In this document: one piece after another, positions 1 to 10,056 of the stretch
Layout of the letters: every line of letters begins with the position of its first letter
How positions within the stretch are numbered: position 1 is the first letter of the stretch
From: Patescibacteria group bacterium
GTDB lineage: Bacteria; Patescibacteriota; Patescibacteriia; GWA2-46-9
NCBI GenBank assembly: GCA_041660005.1
Contig: JBAZXG010000006.1
Coordinates: forward strand, 1,879 to 65,878
Length of the DNA stretch: 64,000 bases
Direction: 5' to 3'
Notes under the pieces: model-generated
Told to the model about the DNA's origin: nothing
Databases searched by the model: none
What the model saw: the letters and a program-made list of their open reading frames with translations, nothing else
Program-made: the position numbers and the translations under genes

Positions 1-3000
1 ACTGTTCCATTGAATATGAGTACAAGGTGCTGCCGAGTCGTCTCCGGTACTGCCGGCGCTATTACTAAAACTGTTAGCAACGGTAACCTCTGTTTTCTTC
101 AGTTGGAAAACGCGCAGCTGGAAACCGGTTTCTTCCGACCCTTCCCAGGTGTAGAACGTACCACCGTCGCTACCGCCCGATTTCTCGCAAAACTGCAACT
201 GCTGATAATACTCACGCGCTTCACCGCCAGACGCCTCTTTGTCAAGGTTCGTAAATTCGTCACAGCCAACAGCGGCGGCACTACATTGCTTGGCCGTCGT
301 TGGTATCAAGTCAACAAACTTTGCCTGCTCAAAAAAGGTTGTACCAGCAGTATAGGTATCAAACCCAACGCATTCGCGCGGGCACATCTCCCCACTTATT
401 GCAGTGATGGCTGATGTTCCGTTCGTCGGAGTGTAACGTGCACAACCCACTTCTTGCGGCAAACAATAGCGCGCGTACGGTGCGCAAACCGGTTGATCGG
501 CGTTCGCATCCGCAGCATTGGTCGCTACTCCTGTTGGTCGACAACTGAGTGTGTCTTCGCTCGGTGCTTTGTAATTTGCATCCTTCTCCGATCGATAATA
601 TGGCGCACGTTTAATGTGCGTCAATGTTGTAGCATATGGCAAATACGTACCTGGCGCCTGACCGACTGTCAGCGTAAGTGCGTCAATATCTGTTCCTTCA
701 GGAACCTGCAGAGTGAGCTTCGCAGTATTTGAAGAAGTCGTAACAGGGAACGAAGTCGTTCCCTCAAACCTTGCCCAAGTGTCAGTGAGTGGTTGGTCTG
801 GTGTTGTGAACGAGGTACTTTCGCTGTCCCCGACTATGCTATAAGAGATCGTCCCTGTACCACTCGCCTGCTTGGCATAGAAGCTAAAACCTAATGTTTG
901 AGCACTCAGCGGTCCCGTTAAAATAGTAGATTGACTCAGCTCAGCATTAGCAGTGAGTGCGTGCAAATACCGCTCACCGTTATACACTCCGGAATCTTTG
1001 GTTGGGACAAATGCCCCTGTATTGTACGACCAGCCTTCTGGACTATCGTCGGTAGACGATATCACTGCCTCAAAACTGGCGTTGCGCAGTAAATTATTTT
1101 TTTCTGCCATGGCAACACCTGCGCCGGTACGCACAAAAGCACGGCAACCGTCGTTCTTGTCGTCACACGTCTTGGCTTGCGCATTCAAATAAACCGTAGC
1201 CGCCGGATCAAGACTCCACTGCTCATTACCAAGGTTCTGAAGACTGTAACGATGACACCCAACGGAACTGGCGTCACAACCATCGAAGTCAACGGTATTC
1301 AAAAGGTAAGAAACAGACGCTCCTGATTCCACATTCGACAATGTTGTGCAACTCGCAAATTGCGGCTGACAATCTGCCCGCCCAAAATCCCAGGTTCGTT
1401 TCTCTTCAGTGCAGTAACCATAGAATTGACAGTTTCCTGCGCTATCCCGCTGAATGCACGTTTGCTCGTCAGCACAATAATTATCATCGCGCGTTATGTT
1501 CAGAGTTGGCGGCTCGTCTCCGGGCGACACGTAGAGACCGTCACCATCAGCATCTGTACCTGCACTAACGTTGCGTGAAATGATTTTCGGACCCGGTCCT
1601 TGCAGACGACAGAATGCATCGGGTGGCACAAAAACCCAATTGGGATCAACGAGGTGATAGAAAGGATTACTCACATCCTTAGTTGGAGCCGTGTCGTAAG
1701 CATCAATAAGCTGTCGCAACGTAACGCGCTGTTGGCCGAAATGCTGAATATAACGGGCCGCCAGCTCCCAACCAACCGGCACAATGCGGTACTTTCGTAG
1801 AATTAAAATAGTGCGGTAGGGAATCCCGTCATTGTAACTCGGTTCGATGGGCTGTGGATTCCAACCGACGAAGCCAAAAGGAGTATCACCGTTAACGAGA
1901 CCTTTCTCAACCGCCTCACTGACAGTCAATTTTTGCGTTATGGCAGTTCTAAAGTTGTCGTTGATAACGCAGTCCGTAGGACCAACGTTGGAGCTATCGT
2001 CGCAAGAAACAAGTTTCGAAAGAACATCATAGCGGCCTGGCGTGCTGAAGTCCGGTCTTATTTCTTGCGCGAGACGAGTTTTTGCGCCAAGAACACCTTC
2101 GCCTGGTAGTTGTGCTTCGTAATTAGTCAAATTTGCCTTCTTGCTACCACTACCACCAGTGAACCCTTGCGTCAACAAGTTGTTAAGAAGAGTACTCGCT
2201 AATGTTTTGGTGAAGACATCAACGGCGTCGGCAATCACATTTCCGGTAAAGCTGATTTCGCCACCCTCAACAGTTCCAAATGTCTCTTTCCATAAATCCC
2301 GCACAGCGGTTCCAGGGAATGTAATAACCTCATTCACTTTCCCTGCCACATCTTTAAATCCGCCTCCACTTAATCGCGTCAGTGTGGCATTCAAGCCGGA
2401 TTGCCACTGTTTCGAAACAAGATTCGTTTGAACAGCAAGAGCGGTGCTGAGATCAGACTCACCCGGGTTAAACGAGCGATTAAACTCCGGAATAAAGTTT
2501 GCTTTGGTAATGGCCTGACTCCAGTTGTTTTTTAAAGTGCTAAATGTACAACGCGGTCGCGCTTGACCGGCATTGGTTAGACCTAAGTTAATCTTTAACC
2601 GCACGGTCAGGTTAGGCGCGCACAAATTTAATCCTTCCCAAATGCCCCCTTTGCCAGTCAGGTTGCCACCTTCTAACCAGTGACATGTAGCGCCCGCACC
2701 ATTAATCGGGTTACTGATACATGCATCAATATCTTTTACCAACGGCGTGGCAACGATGGTTCCGTTCCCGTTACGACACTCGCAACTACCTGCTCCAGAT
2801 TGCCCTGTAATCATACCGTCCAAGAAAACACCAGCCGTTTGGTCAGCTGCGTCAAGAAGGTATGCTCCCCATCCTTGTGTCTCAAAGAGTGGTTGTTGTC
2901 CTCGACCTCCGCTGGCAATCCAGGTAGCAGTATCTGCTGCAATTTTTCTCAAAAAGAACTTAACACCCTGACGGAAAGACAGAGCAGCTGAGGTCTTTAA

Positions 3001-3252
3001 ACTTTCGACTAATTTATTCCAACTGAAATTTTGTGCCCAAGATTTTAGATCGCTGGCAATCTGTTTCGGTGCATCTCCTACAATTACCGTCCCTTCTATA
3101 GGCACGTTTCCGCTTTGTGCGTAGGCATCTTTTGTTGAATACGCAAGACTAGAAACGAGAATAGTAGAATACGCAATACTAGAAACGAGAATAAACAAAA
3201 GCACTAAAGCAAAATGTTTTTTCTGTTTTTTGTTTGTGTTGTTTGGTTGCAT
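1..3252 (-). CDS. Large secreted/anchored Cys-rich surface protein, 5'-partial in window (>1083 aa; continues past position 1). N-terminus MQPNNTNKKQKKHF + hydrophobic stretch (signal/anchor), then Cys-rich, Gly/Thr/Asn-rich extracellular region
   Basis: Hand translation of the minus strand from ATG (complement of 3250-3252) down to position 1 in one frame gave no stop codons. Frame was verified at several spot-checked segments (e.g. 3001-3060 IASDLKSWAQNFSWNKLVES; 1501-1560 GTDADGDGLYVSPGDEPPTL; 1-60 SAGSTGDDSAAPCTHIQWNS). All plus-strand ORFs of the track in this span are short shadow ORFs. Not in the ORF track, presumably because no stop lies in the window. Confidence 0.75.
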   Translation of the reverse strand, partial: MQPNNTNKKQKKHFALVLLFILVSSIAYSTILVSSLAYSTKDAYAQSGNVPIEGTVIVGDAPKQIASDLKSWAQNFSWNKLVESLKTSAALSFRQGVKFFLRKIAADTATWIASGGRGQQPLFETQGWGAYLLDAADQTAGVFLDGMITGQSGAGSCECRNGNGTIVATPLVKDIDACISNPINGAGATCHWLEGGNLTGKGGIWEGLNLCAPNLTVRLKINLGLTNAGQARPRCTFSTLKNNWSQAITKANFIPEFNRSFNPGESDLSTALAVQTNLVSKQWQSGLNATLTRLSGGGFKDVAGKVNEVITFPGTAVRDLWKETFGTVEGGEISFTGNVIADAVDVFTKTLASTLLNNLLTQGFTGGSGSKKANLTNYEAQLPGEGVLGAKTRLAQEIRPDFSTPGRYDVLSKLVSCDDSSNVGPTDCVINDNFRTAITQKLTVSEAVEKGLVNGDTPFGFVGWNPQPIEPSYNDGIPYRTILILRKYRIVPVGWELAARYIQHFGQQRVTLRQLIDAYDTAPTKDVSNPFYHLVDPNWVFVPPDAFCRLQGPGPKIISRNVSAGTDADGDGLYVSPGDEPPTLNITRDDNYCADEQTCIQRDSAGNCQFYGYCTEEKRTWDFGRADCQPQFASCTTLSNVESGASVSYLLNTVDFDGCDASSVGCHRYSLQNLGNEQWSLDPAATVYLNAQAKTCDDKNDGCRAFVRTGAGVAMAEKNNLLRNASFEAVISSTDDSPEGWSYNTGAFVPTKDSGVYNGERYLHALTANAELSQSTILTGPLSAQTLGFSFYAKQASGTGTISYSIVGDSESTSFTTPDQPLTDTWARFEGTTSFPVTTSSNTAKLTLQVPEGTDIDALTLTVGQAPGTYLPYATTLTHIKRAPYYRSEKDANYKAPSEDTLSCRPTGVATNAADANADQPVCAPYARYCLPQEVGCARYTPTNGTSAITAISGEMCPRECVGFDTYTAGTTFFEQAKFVDLIPTTAKQCSAAAVGCDEFTNLDKEASGGEAREYYQQLQFCEKSGGSDGGTFYTWEGSEETGFQLRVFQLKKTEVTVANSFSNSAGSTGDDSAAPCTHIQWNS

Positions 3253-3256
3253 ACGG

Positions 3257-3988
3257 CTACGGCTTCTGCGATATCTTTAGTTGTTCAAGCGTCTGCTGAT
3301 ATAACTGCAAGAGTTCCGCATCAGTAACTTCGGAAAGCGTTGCGTCGTCAATTCCGTCTTGTTTCAACAAAGCACGCAGCTCAGACGGAGAAAGATTTTG
3401 TATCTTTTGAGCTGCCGCATTTTGCTGTTGCGTTGCTAGCGCCTGCTGGTAACTCGCTATGAGCTGTGCGTCAGTGAGACCCGCAATTTCTTGCTCCGAC
3501 ATTCCGGATTGCTTCAGTAGTGCCCGCAACTCTGTAGGTGTCGGCGTCGGAGTAGTCGCAGTAGGATTTGCTCCTGTGATCGGCACAATGGCTGTCCCGG
3601 CACCAGCAGCCGGCGCAGGCGAAGAACAGTCTTGCCCTGTCGGACAGTTTGGATCAGTACTATTGGCAATTTCCTGCCCATCAGGAATGCCGTCTGAGTC
3701 TGAATCAGCTAAATATGGACTTGTTTTGTAAACATTTACTTCGTCAGCGTCCGACAGACCGTCTCCGTCAGTATCAATGTTAGAGTTCGTGATGCTACCA
3801 TTTGCTGCTGCAAAAATATCTTGATTTTGGCCATCAGAAGAGACTGCAAAAGGCGCATAGACTGATTTACGGATACTGATTCCGCCAAGAATAATTGCGC
3901 TCCCCCCAATAATAAAAATGGTCGTTAAAAGAAGCCCTTGTGTATGGCGAGACAGTTGGCGCTTGATGACTTTTTTAAAACTCAACAT
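3257..3988 (-). CDS. Membrane-anchored protein with thrombospondin-type-3-like Ca-binding Asp repeats (DTDGDGLSDADE, DSDSDGIPDGQE) and two ~32 aa internal repeats (ELRALLKQ.G...)
   Basis: ORF track 243 aa with N-terminal TM helix and DxDxDG motifs. Its stop codon lies 4 nt before the start of the downstream giant CDS (same strand), suggesting translational coupling. Confidence 0.65.
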   Translation of the reverse strand: MLSFKKVIKRQLSRHTQGLLLTTIFIIGGSAIILGGISIRKSVYAPFAVSSDGQNQDIFAAANGSITNSNIDTDGDGLSDADEVNVYKTSPYLADSDSDGIPDGQEIANSTDPNCPTGQDCSSPAPAAGAGTAIVPITGANPTATTPTPTPTELRALLKQSGMSEQEIAGLTDAQLIASYQQALATQQQNAAAQKIQNLSPSELRALLKQDGIDDATLSEVTDAELLQLYQQTLEQLKISQKP

Positions 3989-4020
3989 TTGAGACAGATA
4001 ATCTCGTAAAATAGGCCAAT

Positions 4021-4050
4021 TGATTTATTCATTATAGCAGAGAACGACCT
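4021..4050 (-). promoter_or_regulatory. Sigma70-like promoter (TTGACT-N18-TATAAT on minus strand) upstream of the 243 aa / giant-protein gene pair
   Basis: Reverse complement of 4021-4050 reads TTGACTttgcaggtcgttctctgcTATAAT, ~35 nt upstream of the ATG at 3988. A hairpin at 4052-4086 lies just upstream. Confidence 0.35.
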
Positions 4051-4131
4051 GCAAAGTCAAAGAGAGTGGAGATGACTCCACTCTCTTTTTGTTTCTTTAA
4101 TGAAAAAGGACAAAATGTCTTTGTTCAGTAT

Positions 4132-4488
4132 TTAATATGCCCACCAACGGGTTGCTTGAAATGCAGATCCCGGAGCACCAAGTCCAAGAACCCAACCGCC
4201 CGGTCGAGGCTGAGGAAGACCTCCGGCTCTCGTTGCAGGATTAACCGCAACAAAATCCTGTGAACCCATGCCGCTCACAACCGTATAGGGTGTCATGAGG
4301 CCCCAGGGTGTACAAGGATTAGCAGGAGGTACGGTACAAACAACAATTGCTCCTACCCGTTGATAAAAAGGCATACCAGCACCATTAGCAAGCTTAACAC
4401 CCACACCAATGACGACCAAAATAACGAGAAGCATTCCCAAGGAAACTTCGCTCAATGGTTTAACCCAACGCTTTGGAATAATTTGCAT
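4132..4488 (-). CDS. Small membrane-anchored hypothetical protein (Pro/Gly-rich, 2 Cys)
   Basis: ORF track 118 aa with a hydrophobic segment LGMLLVILVVIGVGV, in the same co-directional gene string. Confidence 0.4.
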   Translation of the reverse strand: MQIIPKRWVKPLSEVSLGMLLVILVVIGVGVKLANGAGMPFYQRVGAIVVCTVPPANPCTPWGLMTPYTVVSGMGSQDFVAVNPATRAGGLPQPRPGGWVLGLGAPGSAFQATRWWAY

Positions 4489-4499
4489 ATAGCTATAGA

Positions 4500-5354
4500 C
4501 TATCGCACCTTATGCTCTTTTTCAATGGTGCTGAGGTAACACGCAAGATCATGCCAAGACTTAACCGACAGCTCTTGGGCTCTGGCTTTAGCGGATATTT
4601 TTGCAGCGACAAATGCAGCATCAATTGTTTCTCTCTTTAGCAAAAGTCCACCCGTGAGGTTATTGTGTAGTTGTTTGCGCTTTTTTGAAAAACCAATTTT
4701 TACAACTCGCCAAAAGAACTTTTCTGTAACGTCTTTATAAGGGAAAGAATGCACGGTATCAATTTGCAAAAGTACGCTGTCCACCGCCGGCTGCGGCGTA
4801 AAACACTCACGCGAAACTTGACGAACGATTCGCGCCTTGGCGTAGAGCTGAACGCTCAGCCCGAGTAAGCTGAGCGTTCCAGGTGTTGCTACGACTCTCT
4901 CTCCCACTTCTCGTTGCACGAGTAGGGTCATGCTTTTGGGTCGGAGGTCATCAGCTAAAAACTTTTTCAATATTGCTGCGGTAATGTTATAAGGAATGTT
5001 CGCCACAATTTTGTAGGGCTGCGTAATGCCATGCGCTGCAACTGAGTGGGCGAGTACATCACCATGAACAAGTTTAATATTTTCAGTCTTTGAAAACCGC
5101 TCTTGCAAAACCCGAAACAGCCGCGCATCGATTTCAATTGCGGTAACTGAGCCAGCACGTTCAGCCAAACGTGCAGTGAGCGTACCGAGGCCCGGACCAA
5201 CTTCTAAAACCGCGTCGCGCGCCGTAACTCCAGCACTCCCTAAAATGTCTTCATAAACTGTGTCATCAACTAAAAAATGCTGACCGCGGCGCTTGTCGGC
5301 AGTAATGGCATTCTGAGCACACAGTTGACGCACTTCTTTGAGGGATTTCTGCAT
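4500..5354 (-). CDS. rsmA: 16S rRNA (adenine1518/1519-N6)-dimethyltransferase RsmA/KsgA
   Basis: QHFL, VLEVGPGLGTLT (SAM-binding) and NIPYNI motifs. The track ORF starts at 5402; the start at MQKSL (5354) is more likely. Confidence 0.85.
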   Translation of the reverse strand: MQKSLKEVRQLCAQNAITADKRRGQHFLVDDTVYEDILGSAGVTARDAVLEVGPGLGTLTARLAERAGSVTAIEIDARLFRVLQERFSKTENIKLVHGDVLAHSVAAHGITQPYKIVANIPYNITAAILKKFLADDLRPKSMTLLVQREVGERVVATPGTLSLLGLSVQLYAKARIVRQVSRECFTPQPAVDSVLLQIDTVHSFPYKDVTEKFFWRVVKIGFSKKRKQLHNNLTGGLLLKRETIDAAFVAAKISAKARAQELSVKSWHDLACYLSTIEKEHKVR

Positions 5355-5358
5355 AGTA

Positions 5359-6522
5359 TTACTGCAACAAATATAACAGCGAAACAAACCCGGTGAGCAC
5401 AAACACCATCGGCCACGCTACTGCGGTCGAAAAAAAGATAAAAATAGAAAAAGCAACAGCGATAAACAGCAGGCGACCAAGTAATGTACTCATTTCGTAC
5501 AGCACGGCGGTGCGCATCGTATGATGACGGCTGCGCCCGCGCTCATATACCAACGCCAACTGAGGAACTTGCAAAATGGTATGGGTGAGTCGCGATGACA
5601 TGTCGGCAATAAATATGCCGCCGAGACTCGGCAAAAAGGGGCGCAACCACCAGCTCAGTGCGTACAGCAAGGTTGTGGGTTTGAGAATGCTCCGTTTATT
5701 TTTGTGATCCGCCAAACGGCCAATATATAAAACGGCAAGCATAGTAACAAGTGAACTTACTCCAACAAGACTGCCGAGCGTAAAAGGATTACTACCAAGA
5801 AAGAGAAACAAAAAAAGCGGCCAAAGTACCCGTAAACTGATTAACTCAGCGTTACCGGTCATCGCCAAAACAAAGCGCCACTTTAACGCGCTAAACATAC
5901 GGCGCATCGCATCAACATAAGGGAAATGATGAACTTCAATAACGGTTCTATCAAATAAAAGCGGAATACAGGAGAGCAGCATTACTAACGAAGCGACAAT
6001 AAAGAGCACCGTAAAGGAGCTCAAAATGAGGATGAGTCCGCCCAAAAATGGGGCAAGTGCATCAGCAATAATTTCCAACACGACCCGAGCGCTGACTTCC
6101 CGACCGCTCTCCTGGTCTCTTCCAAACTGGGCATACTCAAAATGAAACGCAGGCCAATAAAAAGTATGGTTGGCAGCATTTGCTATGAGTGCAATTGGCA
6201 GGGCAAGTGGCGTAATGCCGAGTGCAAACAGTGACGCGTAGTAAACAATCTCTAGGAGCGAACTCAAAATGAGAGAGCGCTGGTGTCCATACCGCAACAC
6301 AAACTTGCCACCGAGTGGGGACATAAAGAAGCACAGTGCAAAAAACGCACCATAGAACAAAAGTATCTCAGCTATACTGAACCCCAACTTATGAAAATAA
6401 ATCGGCTCAAACAGTGAAAACAACGAAGTGCCGAAATGAATGAGCGCTGTGTTGACATACAAGTCCTTTAAAGGCTCCGACAAGTGCCGTGGAATAAATT
6501 TTCTTATCAAAGATGCAATCAT
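5359..6522 (-). CDS. MFS-type transporter (12-TM-like integral membrane protein)
   Basis: Many predicted TM helices. GRLADHKNKRSIL matches MFS motif A (G-x-L-a-D-r-x-G-r-k). Confidence 0.6.
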   Translation of the reverse strand: MIASLIRKFIPRHLSEPLKDLYVNTALIHFGTSLFSLFEPIYFHKLGFSIAEILLFYGAFFALCFFMSPLGGKFVLRYGHQRSLILSSLLEIVYYASLFALGITPLALPIALIANAANHTFYWPAFHFEYAQFGRDQESGREVSARVVLEIIADALAPFLGGLILILSSFTVLFIVASLVMLLSCIPLLFDRTVIEVHHFPYVDAMRRMFSALKWRFVLAMTGNAELISLRVLWPLFLFLFLGSNPFTLGSLVGVSSLVTMLAVLYIGRLADHKNKRSILKPTTLLYALSWWLRPFLPSLGGIFIADMSSRLTHTILQVPQLALVYERGRSRHHTMRTAVLYEMSTLLGRLLFIAVAFSIFIFFSTAVAWPMVFVLTGFVSLLYLLQ

Positions 6523-7133
6523 GAGTGAATCAAATACTTAGCAGCGATGCGCACGCTTCCTTGCCTCAACACCGTCAGCAGGTTGCCATGAACACGCAAA
6601 ATAGTTGAAGGACGACGTCGAGGTAATGAGCCACTAGCGAGAAAAAAAACATTATCAGCACGGTCAGCAAATGCGGAAAAAACTGCTCGCTCAGTATAGG
6701 AATCAATCGCGCCACTTCTGTTGGCGCTGGTCGCAGTGATGACACCTCCAACCATACGCGCAAGAGAACGAGCTTGTCGCAACTCCGAAACGCGAATTGC
6801 AATGGTTCCATCTTTTGAACCGAGACGTTTCGCAAACAACTTTTGACGTGCTGGCAAAATTAATGTGAGTGCACCTGGCCAATTTTTTTTTGCAAGCGAT
6901 AGAGACCACGGTGAAAATGAAACATAACGCTTGGCATCCGCCAAGGAAGCAGCGATGAGTGAGAGTGGTTTACTACGATCTCTACCCTTGATGGCAAAAA
7001 TACGCTTCAACGCTACTTGTGAAGATGGGTCTACGCCAAGGCCGTAGCTCGTTTCTGTTGGATAGACAACCATCTCTCCGGAGCGCATGAGTTTTGCTGC
7101 CTCAGCAACTGAATGAACAAAAATAACCGGCAT
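6519..7133 (-). CDS. tsaC: L-threonylcarbamoyladenylate synthase TsaC/YrdC family (t6A biosynthesis)
   Basis: YPTETSYGLG hallmark of the YrdC/Sua5 domain; 204 aa. Confidence 0.8.
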   Translation of the reverse strand: MPVIFVHSVAEAAKLMRSGEMVVYPTETSYGLGVDPSSQVALKRIFAIKGRDRSKPLSLIAASLADAKRYVSFSPWSLSLAKKNWPGALTLILPARQKLFAKRLGSKDGTIAIRVSELRQARSLARMVGGVITATSANRSGAIDSYTERAVFSAFADRADNVFFLASGSLPRRRPSTILRVHGNLLTVLRQGSVRIAAKYLIHS

Positions 7134-7139
7134 AGCAAT

Positions 7140-9635
7140 CTACTCTGTAACAACAAAATTTACCAACTTCCCTGGACGTACGATTGTTTTTTGAATAGTT
7201 TTTCCTAGAAACCACCGCGCCACATTTTCATTACCATGCGCAGCAGCAATATACTCTTCTTCGGTTGCGCCGATCGACAAGCGAACGGTTCCGCGCAGTT
7301 TGCCGTTTACTTGAACAGCAACGACGACTTCATCTTCAACAATGTCTTCTTCTTTATATCTTGGCCACGGAGCAAGCCAAACAACTACCTGCTCTTTACT
7401 TACCCGCTCCCAGAGTTCTGCGGTTAAATGCGGCGCGAACGGTTGCAATACCACCAGTAAAACCTTAAGTGCTTCGAGAGGAATGGGCGTCTTTGCTGAT
7501 TCACATGCATAGGCGTAATTCACAAACTCCATCATAGCTGCAATGGCGGTGTTAAACCGAAACGCTTCAATATCTTCGGTTACCTTCTTAATCAATTTCG
7601 CTACATGACGCTTTGTTGTGTCGCTTGTCTGACCGCGCTCTGCCTCATTTTCATAAGGCAGTGCTAAATACCAAACGCGATCGAGAAAACGACGAACGCC
7701 GCTAATACCTTGCGTGTTCCACGGAGCTGCATCCGCAAAAGGACCAATGAAAAGCTCATACACACGTATCGTGTCCGCACCGTACGTCGTAATAACGTCG
7801 TCAGGGTTCACTACATTTCCACGGGACTTCGACATTTTTTGACCATCTTCACCGAGCACCATACCGTGTGAAGTTCGCTTGGCATAGGGTTCAGACGTCG
7901 GTACAACTTTGATATCAAACAAGAACTTGTGCCAGAAGCGCGAGTAGAGCAGATGGAGCGTGGTGTGCTCCATACCGCCGTTGTACCAGTCGACCCCGCC
8001 TTCGCACTTCGTGCTACGGGAGGGCGAGTTCGGTGTACATAACCAGTACTTTAGTTTCTCCGGCGAAGCAAGCTGTTTACTGTTGTGCGGGTCGCAATAC
8101 CGCAAAAAATACCAGGAACTCCCCGCCCAGTTCGGCATGGTGTCGGTTTCACGTTCAGCTTCACCCTTACACTTCGGACACGTTGTTTTAACCCAATCAC
8201 GCATTGCAGCCAAAGGCGACTCGCCAGTGTCTGTAGGTTCGTACTTTTCAACTTGCGGCAACAAAATAGGTAAATCTTTTTCTGGCACCGGTACCCAGCC
8301 CGAAGATGCTGATCCTGTCGCAGCACAATTTTTGCAGTAAACCATGGGAATCGGCTCTCCCCAATATCGTTGGCGAGAAAACACCCAGTCGCGAAGTTTG
8401 TATTGAACAGAGGGCTGGCCAAATTTTTTTGCCATCTTTGGTATGGCTTCATCGCTCGTTAATCCAGAAAATTCCTCCGAATCGTACAGTACACCTTTTT
8501 CAGAAAAACAAATTTCTAACTTTCTAATCTCTGTATCGTCACTTCCGTCAATGGGTTTAATGGTGGTTTTCAGGGGGATATTATATTTTTTTGCAAACAT
8601 AAAGTCACGTTCGTCATGCGCATCAGCAAACACTATTCCTGTTCCGTACCCCATTAGGACAAAATCTGCTATCCAAATCGGAATTGCTTCATTGGTAGCG
8701 GGGTTAATGGCAAAGCTACCAGTAAAAACTCCAGTTTTGTCTTTATCTTCAGCTTTGCGCTCAAGTTCTGTTTTGCTTCTCGTTGCTCCGATATAGTCAT
8801 CAACTGCAATTTTCTGCTCTGCGGTAACGAGGTTTTCCAGCAATGGATGTTCGGGAGCCATCACAATAAATGTTCCACCAAATAATGTATCAAGCCGCGT
8901 CGTAAATACCTTAATTTTTAATTCGCTATCCGTAATTTTAAAATTGACAGTATACCCTTCCGATTTTCCAATCCAATTTTGTTGCTGTGTTTTTATGCGC
9001 GATGCATAGTCAACGGTTTCAAGATCGGCCAATAATCGATCAGCATATTCAGTAATCTTTAACATCCACTGCTCTTTTTCCCGCTGCTCAACTTGAGTAC
9101 CACAGCGCTCGCATTTTCCGTCTACCACCTCTTCGTGCGCCAAGCCAATTTTGCACGATGGACACCAGTTAATGACGGCCTTCGCTTTATAAGCTAGGTT
9201 GTGCTTGTAGAGCTGCAAAAAAATCCATTGCGTCCAGCGGTAGTAAGACGGGTCAGTGGTAACGACCTCACGCGACCAATCAAACGAGTAGCCCAAACTT
9301 TTTAACTGCCGACGAAAATTATCAATATTTTGCTTCGTGATGACCGCAGGGTGCTGCCCGGTTTTAATGGCATAGTTTTCTGCGGGCAAACCAAAAGCGT
9401 CGAACCCCATGGGGTAAAGAACATTTTCACCATTCGCGCGACGCTTCCTGGCGAGTACGTCCATGGCGGTATAGGAACGCGGATGCCCAACATGCAAACC
9501 TTCCGCCGAAGGGTAAGGAAATTCAACCAAAAGATATGTTTTTTTCTTACCAGTATCTTCGGTAACAACAAAAGCGCTGGTACGTTCCCAGAGTTCCTGC
9601 CACTTTTTTTCAATAGATTTGTGGTCGTAGACCAT
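7140..9635 (-). CDS. leuS: Leucine--tRNA ligase
   Basis: 831 aa; HIGH motif (HVGHPRSY), KMSKS motif, editing domain, class I LeuRS architecture. Confidence 0.95.
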   Translation of the reverse strand: MVYDHKSIEKKWQELWERTSAFVVTEDTGKKKTYLLVEFPYPSAEGLHVGHPRSYTAMDVLARKRRANGENVLYPMGFDAFGLPAENYAIKTGQHPAVITKQNIDNFRRQLKSLGYSFDWSREVVTTDPSYYRWTQWIFLQLYKHNLAYKAKAVINWCPSCKIGLAHEEVVDGKCERCGTQVEQREKEQWMLKITEYADRLLADLETVDYASRIKTQQQNWIGKSEGYTVNFKITDSELKIKVFTTRLDTLFGGTFIVMAPEHPLLENLVTAEQKIAVDDYIGATRSKTELERKAEDKDKTGVFTGSFAINPATNEAIPIWIADFVLMGYGTGIVFADAHDERDFMFAKKYNIPLKTTIKPIDGSDDTEIRKLEICFSEKGVLYDSEEFSGLTSDEAIPKMAKKFGQPSVQYKLRDWVFSRQRYWGEPIPMVYCKNCAATGSASSGWVPVPEKDLPILLPQVEKYEPTDTGESPLAAMRDWVKTTCPKCKGEAERETDTMPNWAGSSWYFLRYCDPHNSKQLASPEKLKYWLCTPNSPSRSTKCEGGVDWYNGGMEHTTLHLLYSRFWHKFLFDIKVVPTSEPYAKRTSHGMVLGEDGQKMSKSRGNVVNPDDVITTYGADTIRVYELFIGPFADAAPWNTQGISGVRRFLDRVWYLALPYENEAERGQTSDTTKRHVAKLIKKVTEDIEAFRFNTAIAAMMEFVNYAYACESAKTPIPLEALKVLLVVLQPFAPHLTAELWERVSKEQVVVWLAPWPRYKEEDIVEDEVVVAVQVNGKLRGTVRLSIGATEEEYIAAAHGNENVARWFLGKTIQKTIVRPGKLVNFVVTE

Positions 9636-9675
9636 AATTGCGAATTTCGAATTGAGTATTAAGAATTATTACACA

Positions 9676-10056
9676 CTATGCTGCTTTTGACTTTCTATAG
9701 GTGTCGAGATAGCGAATGAAACCACCGATTTCTTTTCCCAATTTTAGAAACATATCGTTTAAATCCTCGAACAAGTTAGTAGAAACATAACCAATATTAC
9801 GGGCTATATAAAGCTGATTTCTAACTTCACCCGTAGAACCTTTGGCGATCCGTAAATATCGAATTAACTCATTCGTACTGTTTTTCTCAAAACCCTCTAC
9901 TATGTTGGAGCTTATTGAAACTGTGGCTCTACGAATTTGATCTCGCAGTCCGAAATCTTTCGACCAACTCCCCCTTGATGTTATGTCGTATATCTTTGTA
10001 GTAACCTCAATAGCTGAAATCCAGACTGGTAATTCTTCAAAGCGGCTATATTTCAT
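9676..10056 (-). CDS. Four-helix-bundle protein (23S rRNA intervening-sequence-protein family, TIGR02436-like)
   Basis: 126 aa; VSISSNIVEGFEKNS...LRIAKGSTGEV motif typical of this family. Confidence 0.75.
   Translation of the reverse strand: MKYSRFEELPVWISAIEVTTKIYDITSRGSWSKDFGLRDQIRRATVSISSNIVEGFEKNSTNELIRYLRIAKGSTGEVRNQLYIARNIGYVSTNLFEDLNDMFLKLGKEIGGFIRYLDTYRKSKAA

Noticed and set aside
10-3252. Plus- and minus-strand short ORFs listed in the track within 1-3252 (10-414, 454-732, 953-1192, 2141-2431, 2680-2991 etc.)
   Set aside because: All lie opposite to or out of frame with the single long minus-strand reading frame that I translated by hand without stops. They are shadow ORFs.
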